DNA of 63,931 nt, counting the filler, from Barthelona sp. PAP020 (lineage: Eukaryota): assembly GCA_040182905.1 (NCBI GenBank). It is 6 parts of 6 records of this genome, joined end to end, with 100 filler letters (N's around TTAATTAATTAA, not from the genome) between each part and the next. Parts side by side here need not be neighbours in the genome. Positions count along the whole stretch, not along the records: positions 11,346 to 22,535 come from JARQWU010000381.1; positions 22,636 to 33,819 come from JARQWU010000382.1; 4 more parts are not named here. The stretch is one strand, 5' to 3'. Position 1 is the first letter of the stretch; each line of letters opens with the position of its first letter. Both the position numbers and the translations under genes were made by a program. The notes under the pieces are model-generated. The model was not told the DNA's origin and ran no database searches. It was given only the letters and a program-made list of their open reading frames with translations. This document shows positions 21,449 through 31,619 of this stretch, piece after piece.

Positions 21449-22351
21449 TTACTCATTTAAAGATTCCATCTTATTTCCAAGGGTTGATGGATTTTGTTCT
21501 TCGTATTCTTCTTTTTTTCTCTTGACATGTTCTTTTACTTCTTCAACATCCTTTAATAATTCAAATTCCAAATGTAATATTGGTGATAATTCAGTAGTAA
21601 CAGTATGAGGAACAGCAGGACATTCTAAAAATTTGATTAACATAACGTCTTCATGATTATAAGTGTCACCAACTTCAAAAAGGGTTTTATTTTTCAATTG
21701 ATGAAGAAATAAAGTATTATACATGTTCATAATATTCATAGAAGATTCAAATGATGAATAACAATGCAAATTCTTTAAATTCAAAAATTCAGCTCCAAAT
21801 GTTCTGTAACCAATTTGACCCTCAAAAGGGAACCTTCCAATACCAATAAAAAGAACAGATATGGGTAATTTAGAAACAATTGCATTTAATGATCTCATAT
21901 TTTCAGGATAGTTGGAAACATTTAAAGCAGCAACTTCAATTGCGGTAGCTGCTTTAATATTTGCGACACAAATAGCCTCTCCCATTTTGATCAAACCACC
22001 AGAAATCATCAACAAGATACGATATTGATTTATTGGTTCTGCAGGACCATCTGCATAAAATAACTGGAAGAAAGACTGATAGGAAGATATTTTTTCTTTA
22101 TTCACCTCAGAAAGATGACATAATGTGTATAACCTTCTAACAATTTGAGGATCCAATTCTTGCTTATCGTTATAATAAATGCCAATTGAATGTGGACCAA
22201 AAGAAACGAAAAATATTTTCTCTTCACTTGAAATTTTAATATCTTTGAATATCTTATCAAAAGATGATATTTCTCTTTTTAAAGATCTTTTTCTGACACG
22301 AAATTTGTTTTCAAACAATACTTCCAAAGATATTAACGCAGTTAAATCCAT
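21449..22351 (-). CDS. Hypothetical protein (possible alpha/beta vWA-like fold)
   Basis: 300-aa ORF with alternating short hydrophobic strands and helices; family not recognised. Confidence 0.6.
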   Translation of the reverse strand: MDLTALISLEVLFENKFRVRKRSLKREISSFDKIFKDIKISSEEKIFFVSFGPHSIGIYYNDKQELDPQIVRRLYTLCHLSEVNKEKISSYQSFFQLFYADGPAEPINQYRILLMISGGLIKMGEAICVANIKAATAIEVAALNVSNYPENMRSLNAIVSKLPISVLFIGIGRFPFEGQIGYRTFGAEFLNLKNLHCYSSFESSMNIMNMYNTLFLHQLKNKTLFEVGDTYNHEDVMLIKFLECPAVPHTVTTELSPILHLEFELLKDVEEVKEHVKRKKEEYEEQNPSTLGNKMESLNE

Positions 22352-22432
22352 ATTTGATTCAAATATTAAAAAAAAAATGAAAAAGAAAAAAATTCACTAA
22401 CATTTATACAACACATAAAAACAAAAGACATC

Positions 22433-22534
22433 TTATAAAAGAAGGTCAATCAATTCCAAATCTCCCAATTCTTCTTCCAATTCTTCTTTCAACTCAGAAT
22501 CGAAACCAACGTCAGTCAAATCTAATGTCAATTC
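22433..22534 (-). CDS. 3' end of an unidentified gene cut by contig end
   Basis: Open frame ELTLDLTDVGFDSELKEELEEELGDLELIDLLL* running from the spacer; too short for the ORF track. Confidence 0.6.
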   Translation of the reverse strand, partial: ELTLDLTDVGFDSELKEELEEELGDLELIDLLL

Positions 22535-22535
22535 A

Positions 22536-22635
22536 NNNNNNNNNNNNNNNNNNNNNNNNNNNNNNNNNNNNNNNNNNNNTTAATTAATTAANNNNNNNNN
22601 NNNNNNNNNNNNNNNNNNNNNNNNNNNNNNNNNNN
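22536..22635. other. Artificial contig spacer
   Basis: N44-TTAATTAATTAA-N44. Confidence 0.98.
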
Positions 22636-22637
22636 TT

Positions 22638-24092
22638 GATCATATTGAAGCATATGTTGATAATTCCATTGGAGAGCATTCTACACAGAATTTTGATTTG
22701 GAGCTGTATAAACTAGGTGTTAAACATATTTCTAAAGAATTCAAGGCATGGATTTCAAATGGAACCCTTGGTTTACGTGTTGCTCCTGGTGATTTCTTTT
22801 TATTTCATGCAGTGAAACAATCGTATTTGGTTCAAGTATTAGAACGTGGATTAAATCACTGGAGTATTCAGATAAGGGTTGCAGAAGCTGTGGGCACAAC
22901 TTGTCAACAAAGAGAATTAGGTGGATTGGAAACTGTAATTGCCTTACAGAACAAAAGAGCTTTATCCTTCTCAACTTTAATGGAAACAGGTTTAACATGC
23001 GCTAGTCTTTTGCGTGTTGATGTACCACTTCCTACATATTCAGTTTCTCGTTTCATAATTAATCAAACGTTTTTCCTTGATTACACGTCACATGGTGACT
23101 TTTTGATTAATCTCTTGCTTAGCATGATTTTCATTCAATTAACACCAACTGGATGGAAGCTATTACAAAAGCATGATAGCTTCCCATTGGTACCTAAGTT
23201 CTTGAACAAGTTAGATTCGTTTTATGATCGTTTCAAATTGCCTCCAGAAGGTCAAGTGATTATTAGCAGTTGTTTGAATGGTGTTTGTGGATCTAATAAT
23301 GATTGTGTTGATATTTCGATAATAAATAAGGAATATGGTGCATTTTTGGAATTAGTTCAAAAGGCTGCCTTAAATTCCGATACAACGCCTCTTGTTGAAG
23401 TTGATGAGTGTCTTCCTTATGCTTTGACTGCATTTACTTCCGTGTTAGAAGTGTTCATTCATTTGATTTCTCAAAGAATTGTCAGCAGTCCAGCCCAATC
23501 GAACGATGCTGAATTTGGTGTTCAAATTGGAAAAATACTTCTTGGTGACCTGTCAGGTCTTGAAAATTATGGAACTTTCTTCAAAGCTGAAGCATTTCAA
23601 TCTTTTTTATTGGTGGCAGTTCGTTTGGCATTTACTGTTCATATGAATATGAGCATTTGTTTTGTTCATCCTGGTGAGCTTCCAGAGAGCGATTTTGAAA
23701 TATTTGAAGAAGCTTGCAATGACATGATCCTTCCTGAAACAAATAAATTGTTTTTGAAGAATTTCGAAGAAAAAGCAGAATCAATTAATGCTGTCAGAGA
23801 GGGTACTTATGATGAAGGTAAAAAGCCTATACTCCTGCAATATGGTTTTGATCAACCGAAATTTTCTATCTTTAGGTTGAATGGTAGTGCTGTTCGTTCT
23901 CAATGGGCATTATCCTTGATGGATGTTATTTATTTTCAGAACGAAATGGATGAAAGGGAGAGCATTCAAATGAATTTTCCAACTATGAGGAATTTCTGTA
24001 GTTTAACTTCAGATCCTCCAGTCGGTTATCCTGCTTATATATCTCCAATCATTTTTTCTTCAAATAAAGATGGTGACAAAGAAAAAAAATAA
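22638..24092 (+). CDS. PCNX: Pecanex-like protein C-terminal half (paralogue 2), 5'-truncated
   Basis: GTTCQQRE; AVRSQWA..VIYFQNEMDERESIQ...MRNFCSLTSDPPVGYPAYISPI matches Pecanex_C; frame open to contig edge. Confidence 0.88.
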   Translation, partial: DHIEAYVDNSIGEHSTQNFDLELYKLGVKHISKEFKAWISNGTLGLRVAPGDFFLFHAVKQSYLVQVLERGLNHWSIQIRVAEAVGTTCQQRELGGLETVIALQNKRALSFSTLMETGLTCASLLRVDVPLPTYSVSRFIINQTFFLDYTSHGDFLINLLLSMIFIQLTPTGWKLLQKHDSFPLVPKFLNKLDSFYDRFKLPPEGQVIISSCLNGVCGSNNDCVDISIINKEYGAFLELVQKAALNSDTTPLVEVDECLPYALTAFTSVLEVFIHLISQRIVSSPAQSNDAEFGVQIGKILLGDLSGLENYGTFFKAEAFQSFLLVAVRLAFTVHMNMSICFVHPGELPESDFEIFEEACNDMILPETNKLFLKNFEEKAESINAVREGTYDEGKKPILLQYGFDQPKFSIFRLNGSAVRSQWALSLMDVIYFQNEMDERESIQMNFPTMRNFCSLTSDPPVGYPAYISPIIFSSNKDGDKEKK

Positions 24093-24934
24093 AAATAATC
24101 AAAATAAAAAAAATTAAAAAAAATTTTTTTTTATTCAAATGTTGATTTCATGGTTTCGTTTCGGGTTTAGTGTGTAATAGATGGGAAAGAACAACTATAT
24201 TATAAATTGGTTTGATAAAACGCAAAAATTTGTTTTTTATTAGATACTTATTAGATATTTATGAGGTATGAGTTGTTCAGTGAACAACGAAACGAGTTAG
24301 CTTAAGGTTTGGGAAAAAAATCACGTAGATTCAGATGCCCAAGTAACTTAAAGAATTGGACCTTAAGGTGGTCAAGAAACAACAAATAGTGGAAGTGATA
24401 TTTGATGTCCTTTTTATATCTCCAATAAATTCCGTTCATTGAGCATGAGCTTCCACATTATTTCCAAGCCAAAAAGGATTGTGGGTATGAGTGAACAGAG
24501 ATGAATGGTTTCACAATATTTTGGTCCAGTTGTGAAACAACATTGTCTATTTACATAGGGAGTAAACTCAGAAAACTTTGGAAAAATTCTTCATTCCAAT
24601 TATTTTTTATTCAGGAAAAACAAAATGTTAAACTGTACCTTAGAAAATCTAAGGTTTTTCAACAGATCAATGGGGCCTCGAAAGCCTTTAACCAAATAAA
24701 CACTATTCTGTTTTATTCACTCGTACTCACAGTGCTTCTTGGCTTGGAAATACTGAGTAAAAATAACTTTACATATTGTAGGTCAATCAATAAAAATTTG
24801 TTTAGTTCTACCTTTAAAATAGGATTATCTTTTGATCAAAATTAATTCGAAACAATGAAAAAAAAACTTTAATATTTACAATCAACTTTTTGCAAAATTT
24901 TGGAAATTTCTTCAAAAATCAAGAATAACTATGT

Positions 24935-27769
24935 TTATGTTATTGAATAAGCATCTGTTGCCCAAGTTAAAGCTCTGAACCAATAACCATATTCTATTTG
25001 ATTCTTTGCACAAAGATAGAGTTTATTTGTAACTTCACCTTTTTCATAATGTCCATCTCTTTTGGTAATTGTATCATAAAAAACAACAGACATGCAAAAC
25101 GGTTTGATATCTTCAGGAACAATTTCACAACTTGTCAATGAAAAAGTACCATTTGGATGAGGAACTTCATCATCAAAGAAGTACATTAAAGTAGCATCAT
25201 GCAAAACAAAATATCTTGTGTGCCAATAAGATTTTGTGAAATCAGTTTTTTTTGCTAAAAATCCAACCATTGTTGTCAAAGAATAATCAAAAATCTTTTG
25301 TACATCTAAAGAAGGCTGAAATAATACCGTTGCTTCAGGGGTTATGCTTTCTGCTGAAATTTCATTCATTTTCAAATCGTTTATCATTTCATTCCATTTT
25401 GAAGCAACATGTGTTTTCGCAAAAATCAACCTCTTTATTCTAGTAGGAGTATGAATGACCATTTCTGATCCTTCTAATGAGATGGAACAACCAACTAAAA
25501 CAATTCTAAATTCACAAAACAAATCCAAAGGACTTTCAAAAAAATATATGCAGTTAGATGCTAAAATAGCATACCTTTGACGAGAAAATATTCCAGGAAG
25601 CGTTATCCAAGTCTGTAGATCAACACAGAGCATTGAAATAATAGGAATGATTTGATTGTCATATTTTAAATTGTTAACAATAGGTCTACGAGAAGAAGAA
25701 AACATTTCACGATTTTCTTTTAAAGTTAGAACGAGATCTGCCTTATCCTCTTCTAATTCAAACAATTGTAAGGCTTGTTCTTCCATTTTAACTAATAATT
25801 CATCAACTTTTTCTTTGTATAAATCTAATTCACTTTGTAATTGCTCAATCTCACAACGTTGACTTTTAATAACATCATTTTCATTTGTTAAATTTGATTC
25901 AGTGCTGCTGGAATTAATGTGTGAGGATGAAATTTTTAATTCTGAAATGATGTTCTTGTAATGTTGTTCTTGTCTGGACCTTTCTCTTTCAGATTCACTT
26001 AAACGTTGTCTCAATAAATCAATCTCAGCACTCGCAGAATCCGAAATTTCATCATTTATGACAGAAGCTATTAACGGTGAATCAAATAAAGAAGCATTGT
26101 TTATTAAAAAATCGGCCAATCGTTCGGTATCGAATTCACCAAAATGACCATCCAAAGATTCTTCTAAAACTGATAAAACTGATGGTACTCTGCTTAAAGT
26201 TAGAGACTTCCGGAGAAAATTCGATTCTTTGTTCAAAAAATTAGAATTGTTGTTATCCAATTTAATCTCATTTTCATCACTTAAAACTTGCAAATAAACT
26301 TCATTTTCTAATTCTGGAGTTTCAGTTTCTGGAGTTTCAATCGATTCTGAAATCTCTGAAGTTTCTGAAGTTTCTGAATATTCAATAGTTATATCATCTG
26401 TCTCGATGCCAATTGTATCAAGAAAATTGGTTTGATCTCTCAACTTTGATTTTCTATCGTTAGGATCACAATTCAAAACCTCATTTTTATTCATCATTTT
26501 CTTCTTTTCTTCCTCAAAGTCATTATCATCTTCATAATTTATCTCAATATCCAGTGGAATACTCTCAACTGTAGTTTGAATCATATCGTTCCTTTCTTCA
26601 TTTTTATGGACTTGAGATTGAATTGCGTCAGGATTTGTTTCAAACATCGAAAGCCTTTCCTTTAATCTTGCATTATCTTCTTTTAGCTGTTTAACAAGTC
26701 TTTTTAATTCATCATAAGATAATTGAGCATTAACTTTAACTATATTTGAAATGCAGGCAGCTTGTTCAGCAAATCGTAAAGTAGATATTGTCTCATTCAA
26801 GTGTATGGAATGTGGGGAACAAGTGGCCAACAGAACGGATCTACAGTTACCACCAAAACTTTCTCTTAAAATGAACGTCAATTTACTGTCCCGAAATGGA
26901 ATATAGCTCATTTTGTTTGCAGCTAAAAGATGAATAACATGTCCCAATGTACTTAACGATAGATTAATTTTCTTTGCTTCTTTCAGTGTTTGTCCAGTGA
27001 CACCAGTCTTTTTGATCTTCTCAGAACCACACAAGTCCGCCAAATTGAACTTAGCATGTAAGTTTGAACCAGAAGATAAACTTCGAGTGATGTGTAAGGT
27101 AAATAAACAATGAGATCGTGAAGATGAACGATTTAAATTGGTTTCAGCAACAGATCTATTCTCCAAAGCAACATCCAATTGCTTCATGATATCTTGATGC
27201 GACCCCACTTCAAGATGCGTCAACCCTTCAACATAAACCCCTTTTTTTGGATGTTCTCTTACTCTTAGTTTTCTGCGATTCTTAAAATTCAATAAATCAA
27301 ACAACTCTTCACAATATATTTCTACACAAGAAAGTAAAACAGAAAAACTCACATTTTTATCCTTTAGTTTCTGTTCATTAATATATTGAAATAAACTTTC
27401 ACAACAACGTGGGGTTAAGCCTCGTAAATCTCCTTGTTCTCCAAAAACACTGTAAGACTTTCCAGATCCCGATTGTCCGTAAGCAAAAATTGTACTATTC
27501 AAACCTTTAGTAATACCTTGAATTAAAGGTGCTCCTAATCTTTCAAAAATTTCTTCTTGAGTCGTATCAACATTAAAAATATGATTCAATCTACACTTGA
27601 ATGCTAAACTATCTCTATGCATTAATTTTAGATGAGAATTATCATCACAAATATCTAATTTCAGACTATTCGGCATGTTTTCAAAAGTGGTGGGACCACT
27701 GTTCATATTTTCATTTGAAGTTAATAATGGTCGAAATCTACATGCGACATATACTTTTGTTTCAGACAT
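24935..27769 (-). CDS. N-terminal-motor kinesin with coiled coil and two C-terminal PH domains
   Basis: GQSGSGKS P-loop, NRSSSRSH switch I, DLCGSE switch II, IPFRDSKLT; PH-like QRYAILASNCIYFF..W and GFLAKK..WHTRYFVL..LMYF..WFRAL. Confidence 0.92.
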   Translation of the reverse strand: MSETKVYVACRFRPLLTSNENMNSGPTTFENMPNSLKLDICDDNSHLKLMHRDSLAFKCRLNHIFNVDTTQEEIFERLGAPLIQGITKGLNSTIFAYGQSGSGKSYSVFGEQGDLRGLTPRCCESLFQYINEQKLKDKNVSFSVLLSCVEIYCEELFDLLNFKNRRKLRVREHPKKGVYVEGLTHLEVGSHQDIMKQLDVALENRSVAETNLNRSSSRSHCLFTLHITRSLSSGSNLHAKFNLADLCGSEKIKKTGVTGQTLKEAKKINLSLSTLGHVIHLLAANKMSYIPFRDSKLTFILRESFGGNCRSVLLATCSPHSIHLNETISTLRFAEQAACISNIVKVNAQLSYDELKRLVKQLKEDNARLKERLSMFETNPDAIQSQVHKNEERNDMIQTTVESIPLDIEINYEDDNDFEEEKKKMMNKNEVLNCDPNDRKSKLRDQTNFLDTIGIETDDITIEYSETSETSEISESIETPETETPELENEVYLQVLSDENEIKLDNNNSNFLNKESNFLRKSLTLSRVPSVLSVLEESLDGHFGEFDTERLADFLINNASLFDSPLIASVINDEISDSASAEIDLLRQRLSESERERSRQEQHYKNIISELKISSSHINSSSTESNLTNENDVIKSQRCEIEQLQSELDLYKEKVDELLVKMEEQALQLFELEEDKADLVLTLKENREMFSSSRRPIVNNLKYDNQIIPIISMLCVDLQTWITLPGIFSRQRYAILASNCIYFFESPLDLFCEFRIVLVGCSISLEGSEMVIHTPTRIKRLIFAKTHVASKWNEMINDLKMNEISAESITPEATVLFQPSLDVQKIFDYSLTTMVGFLAKKTDFTKSYWHTRYFVLHDATLMYFFDDEVPHPNGTFSLTSCEIVPEDIKPFCMSVVFYDTITKRDGHYEKGEVTNKLYLCAKNQIEYGYWFRALTWATDAYSIT

Positions 27770-27955
27770 CCATATAATCTAAAACAATCAAAACTAATTA
27801 ATAAAAAATAAATCTTTTTATTCACTCTTTTAGTTAAAAAAATTTTTTATAATCTGAATTTATGTCATTAAACAAAAATTAAAACAACTAATTAAAAAAA
27901 AACAAAAATAAAAAATTCTACTCACACATTTTCCAACACTCAATTTTATGAAAAT

Positions 27956-28915
27956 TCATAAATGATCAGTTTTATGACTCGTTGACAAATCGTATGCGAT
28001 TCTATAAATTAAAATTTGCTTTTCATTGCAAATTCCACACGCTAGAAATTTATTGTCGGGTGAAATACAAAAATATGAGAATTCATCGGAGCAACCACAA
28101 TAAAATCTTTGAATTTCATCATAATTATAGGTATTAAAAATGTTAAAATACCCATCTCCAACCATTGAAATTAATACATCAGAGCAACAAAATTGAAATG
28201 TGCTCACTGGATTGTTAAAGGTAAAAGTGTGGACCAAATCACCATTTTCAACATCCCATACTTTAATAGTGCTTGTGTCATCGCTTGCTAAAATCACATT
28301 TTTTGTGGGATGAAAAGCAATAGATTTCAAACAATAACCATCACCAAAAGACCTGACGATGGAAAAATCTTCACTGTTTATTAAATTTGCCAAACAATCA
28401 TCACTGCATGTTAAAATGAATTTCCCATCGTTTGAAAGCACCAATGAATGAATCCATTCCATATGAACTTTCTTTCTCAAATCAACACAATCGCTTTCAA
28501 GATTCCATCTATTTAAATATCCATTTTCATCAACAACATATAAAAATCTTGAACAGGTTGAAAATACGATAGAAGTAATTTCAGCAGAATTTGGAAAGCT
28601 TTTGATAAGTTTAAGATCTTTCCAACGGTAAATTTCAATAAGTCCATTATTTGAACATATAGACAACAAACTTCCATCAAATGAAAAACAAATATCATTG
28701 TAGAAAGATTCATGCTTTCCCAAATACTGACATGTTTCAGTAATAACATCAAAAATACATATAGCACCTGTTTGAAAAACAATAACAAGATGTTGACCAT
28801 CATTTGAAAATTTACAACACCTAATATCGTTATCTGGTTTACATTCAATAATTTTAACACAACTTTGTATGATTTCGAAGGATTTTGTTTCAGTATACTT
28901 TGATTCGGTGGTCAT
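27956..28915 (-). CDS. WD40-repeat protein
   Basis: Repeated FSxDG, IFD, VWD, RWN WD40 motifs. Confidence 0.85.
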   Translation of the reverse strand: MTTESKYTETKSFEIIQSCVKIIECKPDNDIRCCKFSNDGQHLVIVFQTGAICIFDVITETCQYLGKHESFYNDICFSFDGSLLSICSNNGLIEIYRWKDLKLIKSFPNSAEITSIVFSTCSRFLYVVDENGYLNRWNLESDCVDLRKKVHMEWIHSLVLSNDGKFILTCSDDCLANLINSEDFSIVRSFGDGYCLKSIAFHPTKNVILASDDTSTIKVWDVENGDLVHTFTFNNPVSTFQFCCSDVLISMVGDGYFNIFNTYNYDEIQRFYCGCSDEFSYFCISPDNKFLACGICNEKQILIYRIAYDLSTSHKTDHL

Positions 28916-29000
28916 ATTTTTAAAAGTTTAAAAGATACAAGGAAAACTTTCTATCTTACATTAAAAAAAAAAAAAAATAAGAACCTTTGTTGGCTGCCTT

Positions 29001-31361
29001 TTATCTACAAGATAGCAATTGATATCGAATGGAAGAATTGCTAATTAATTTATTAATATCTCTTTTTTCAAAAAGACTATCGATTTTTTGTTTGCAAAAA
29101 ACTTCATAACTCCAAGCAGGAAAATTCAACTTGACTTTTTTATCAGAATCAGATAATATGTAAACAGTTTTATCAATCTTATCAATCTTTATCTTAACAT
29201 TAGTTAAAGAAATGGGAACAGGAGGATTCCCACAAAATCCATGAATGTCTACCAATTGATCATTTGTTGGAAGAATGTATTTCCTGGTAAGACGTTGAAA
29301 AATCGAATATTGATATATTGAAAAACAATTGTTTGGTAAATGTGTCAAAGTCAGTTTGTCAAATTTTTCCAAAATCAAAGATTCATTGACAAAAGCAGTT
29401 TGTGAACAACAAATAATAAAACTGCAAATCAACAACAAAAAAGTTAAAATAAAAAAAGGTACACAATACAATTTTGAATCTAAAAAAGTGGAATCATTAC
29501 TTTGAAGGAGAATGTTTGAAATGGAAATGGACGAATCGTCTTGAGTTCCATGATACAATACAATGTTTGTGTCAAAAGAAAACTTTTCCCCCAAGTAACA
29601 TTCTAAAAGCAGAGGACTAGTGCTAATTACATAATAACATGACAAGTTTGTTTGTGAATTGAAGTTTGATTGAATACTCAAAGTAAAAGTGTCTTCAATG
29701 AAATTATTTAAATAAATAGGTGTGGATATTAGACTAAAATGGACTTTTTGAAGGTCATTAATGTAACATGTGGTGCTTACTGTGATAAACCCATTGAAAA
29801 CTTCAGTGTCTTCTGCATTTTCTGCTTGATTACACGTAATATTATTGAAAATACTGAAAGAGTTTTCTGATTGATCACACACTGTTGAATCAATAATGAA
29901 TTCAAAGGATGGATTCAATGGATTGTTACAAGGGTCAATTAATTTGCCATAATAAGAAGTAAATTCTACCTTTATCTCAACATTTTCCAATTCAAAAAAT
30001 GTCGCCAATAGTGGTTGAAATGAACATGTGAAATTGTTCATGATCTCTTCAATAGTGTTTATTTCTAATGTTATTGTTAATAAATTAGCCCCAACAACCA
30101 AATTAAATTCTTCAGTTGAAACAACTTCATCAAAATCATCAAAGATAACAATTTGCAAAGAAAAATCCATGTTTTGAACAGTCAATTCAATCATCAAATT
30201 AACAAACCCAATGCTTGACTCAATTAGAGTGTAATTCTCATATGAAAAAATTGGTTTTAATAATTTAACCTTATTTGAAGGTACAAATACTTCCAAATTA
30301 TATTTTATTGGTAAAAACAACATTGACTTATCCGTATTTTCATAATAATATTGAAAGGCGTTGACATACGCTAAATCTTCATTCATTGAAAGAAAAGCCG
30401 ACAATTTATTTTCCAAACAAGAATCCCTCAATTTCATACACCTTTCATCTTGCCCAAAAAATGATATTAAAGAGGGTTGTAATTGATTACACTCATGGCC
30501 AATGATTGAATCCTTCACAGGCACAAAAGAGCCATTGAAGTTGTCTAAAAAGGATCCTGAAGTTATCGTTTCGTAATAAAATGATGTGGACAAATCAATA
30601 TCAACATGAGTCTGGTCAAAAATAATTTCACCATCATCTGCCAATACAATTGAACCATTCCAAAAAAAGCTAACAGGTATGTTATCTTCAAGTGTATATA
30701 AAGTCCTGTTATAAGGATATTCTGGTGTTAATGTGTGGTAACTATTTGTAAACGGAATGCTTCTAGTTGAAGAACAATGAAAAGAAACATGAGATCGATC
30801 AGCAAAACTCCATTGTGTTGCAGTAGAAGACAAAGTGGGATCATATTCATATTGCAAAAGATTACCAGAAGAATCTAAAGTTAAAAAACCAAAATACTCA
30901 TTTTTCTCTTCAATTTCTGAACGATTCAAAGGAAAACGAATTTCATACGAAGAATCACCAATAAAATTAAAGTTGTCTTCTGTTACAGAAATAAAGATAT
31001 TGTCAATTTCATTTTTATCAATCCTCCAAAAATTGTCTTGCAAAAATTGTTCTTCTTTAACAATTTCGTTCACTTCAAAAATAAGTTCGGAAGATTTAAT
31101 ATTGTATCCAATATTGGAATAATCTGTCATAACGTTTATGAACGTTTCTGTTTCTAATTCATAAATAAGCGAATCTATTATGATACAATCAAAAGATTCT
31201 ATTTTTTGGGTTTTACATTGTACATCAACAAAAAATTTTATCCTCAATTCATCTATTTCATCATTTTGAATAATTTCTCCATATAAACATTCTCTTGTTT
31301 CAACATAAATATAATAATAAATAACATTAAGACATAAATATAAAAATATTTTTTTGATCAT
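29001..31361 (-). CDS. HAP2: Divergent HAP2/GCS1 (fusexin) gamete-fusion protein
   Basis: Signal peptide; early Cys pair; SFHC motif; GHECNQLQPSLISFFGQDERCMKLRDSCLENKL resembles the HAP2 GxECNKIGVxYxAFxxQxxxCxxxxxSCLxNQL signature; Ig-like beta region; TM with juxtamembrane Cys. Confidence 0.7.
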   Translation of the reverse strand: MIKKIFLYLCLNVIYYYIYVETRECLYGEIIQNDEIDELRIKFFVDVQCKTQKIESFDCIIIDSLIYELETETFINVMTDYSNIGYNIKSSELIFEVNEIVKEEQFLQDNFWRIDKNEIDNIFISVTEDNFNFIGDSSYEIRFPLNRSEIEEKNEYFGFLTLDSSGNLLQYEYDPTLSSTATQWSFADRSHVSFHCSSTRSIPFTNSYHTLTPEYPYNRTLYTLEDNIPVSFFWNGSIVLADDGEIIFDQTHVDIDLSTSFYYETITSGSFLDNFNGSFVPVKDSIIGHECNQLQPSLISFFGQDERCMKLRDSCLENKLSAFLSMNEDLAYVNAFQYYYENTDKSMLFLPIKYNLEVFVPSNKVKLLKPIFSYENYTLIESSIGFVNLMIELTVQNMDFSLQIVIFDDFDEVVSTEEFNLVVGANLLTITLEINTIEEIMNNFTCSFQPLLATFFELENVEIKVEFTSYYGKLIDPCNNPLNPSFEFIIDSTVCDQSENSFSIFNNITCNQAENAEDTEVFNGFITVSTTCYINDLQKVHFSLISTPIYLNNFIEDTFTLSIQSNFNSQTNLSCYYVISTSPLLLECYLGEKFSFDTNIVLYHGTQDDSSISISNILLQSNDSTFLDSKLYCVPFFILTFLLLICSFIICCSQTAFVNESLILEKFDKLTLTHLPNNCFSIYQYSIFQRLTRKYILPTNDQLVDIHGFCGNPPVPISLTNVKIKIDKIDKTVYILSDSDKKVKLNFPAWSYEVFCKQKIDSLFEKRDINKLISNSSIRYQLLSCR

Positions 31362-31619
31362 TGATCACACCACATTTAAAAAAAATTGTTGAATTTCTTT
31401 ATTATTATTTTAAAAATGTCTGTAAAAGAGCGGTTAAAATTAGGATTGAAATGAAAAAGAAAGTAAAAAAACAACATCAAATCACTCGTGATTTGACGCC
31501 ATCAACTGTAAACTAATGTTCAAAATTGAATTCAATTGATTAATAACTATTCTTTTTAAAAACTGAATAACTGAATTAATTGATTTATTTGAATATTTAC
31601 GAAAAAAAAAATACTGATA

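Noticed and set aside
24380..24550. Minus-strand HSYPQS..GNNVE as a retroelement integrase relic
   Set aside because: Needs a frameshift and matches too weakly; no other RT or integrase motifs nearby.
31362..31619. TGATTTGAC as a TALE-heterodimer autoregulatory site in the HAP2/TALE promoter
   Set aside because: Single imperfect match; TTGAC occurs in many other intergenic regions of this window.
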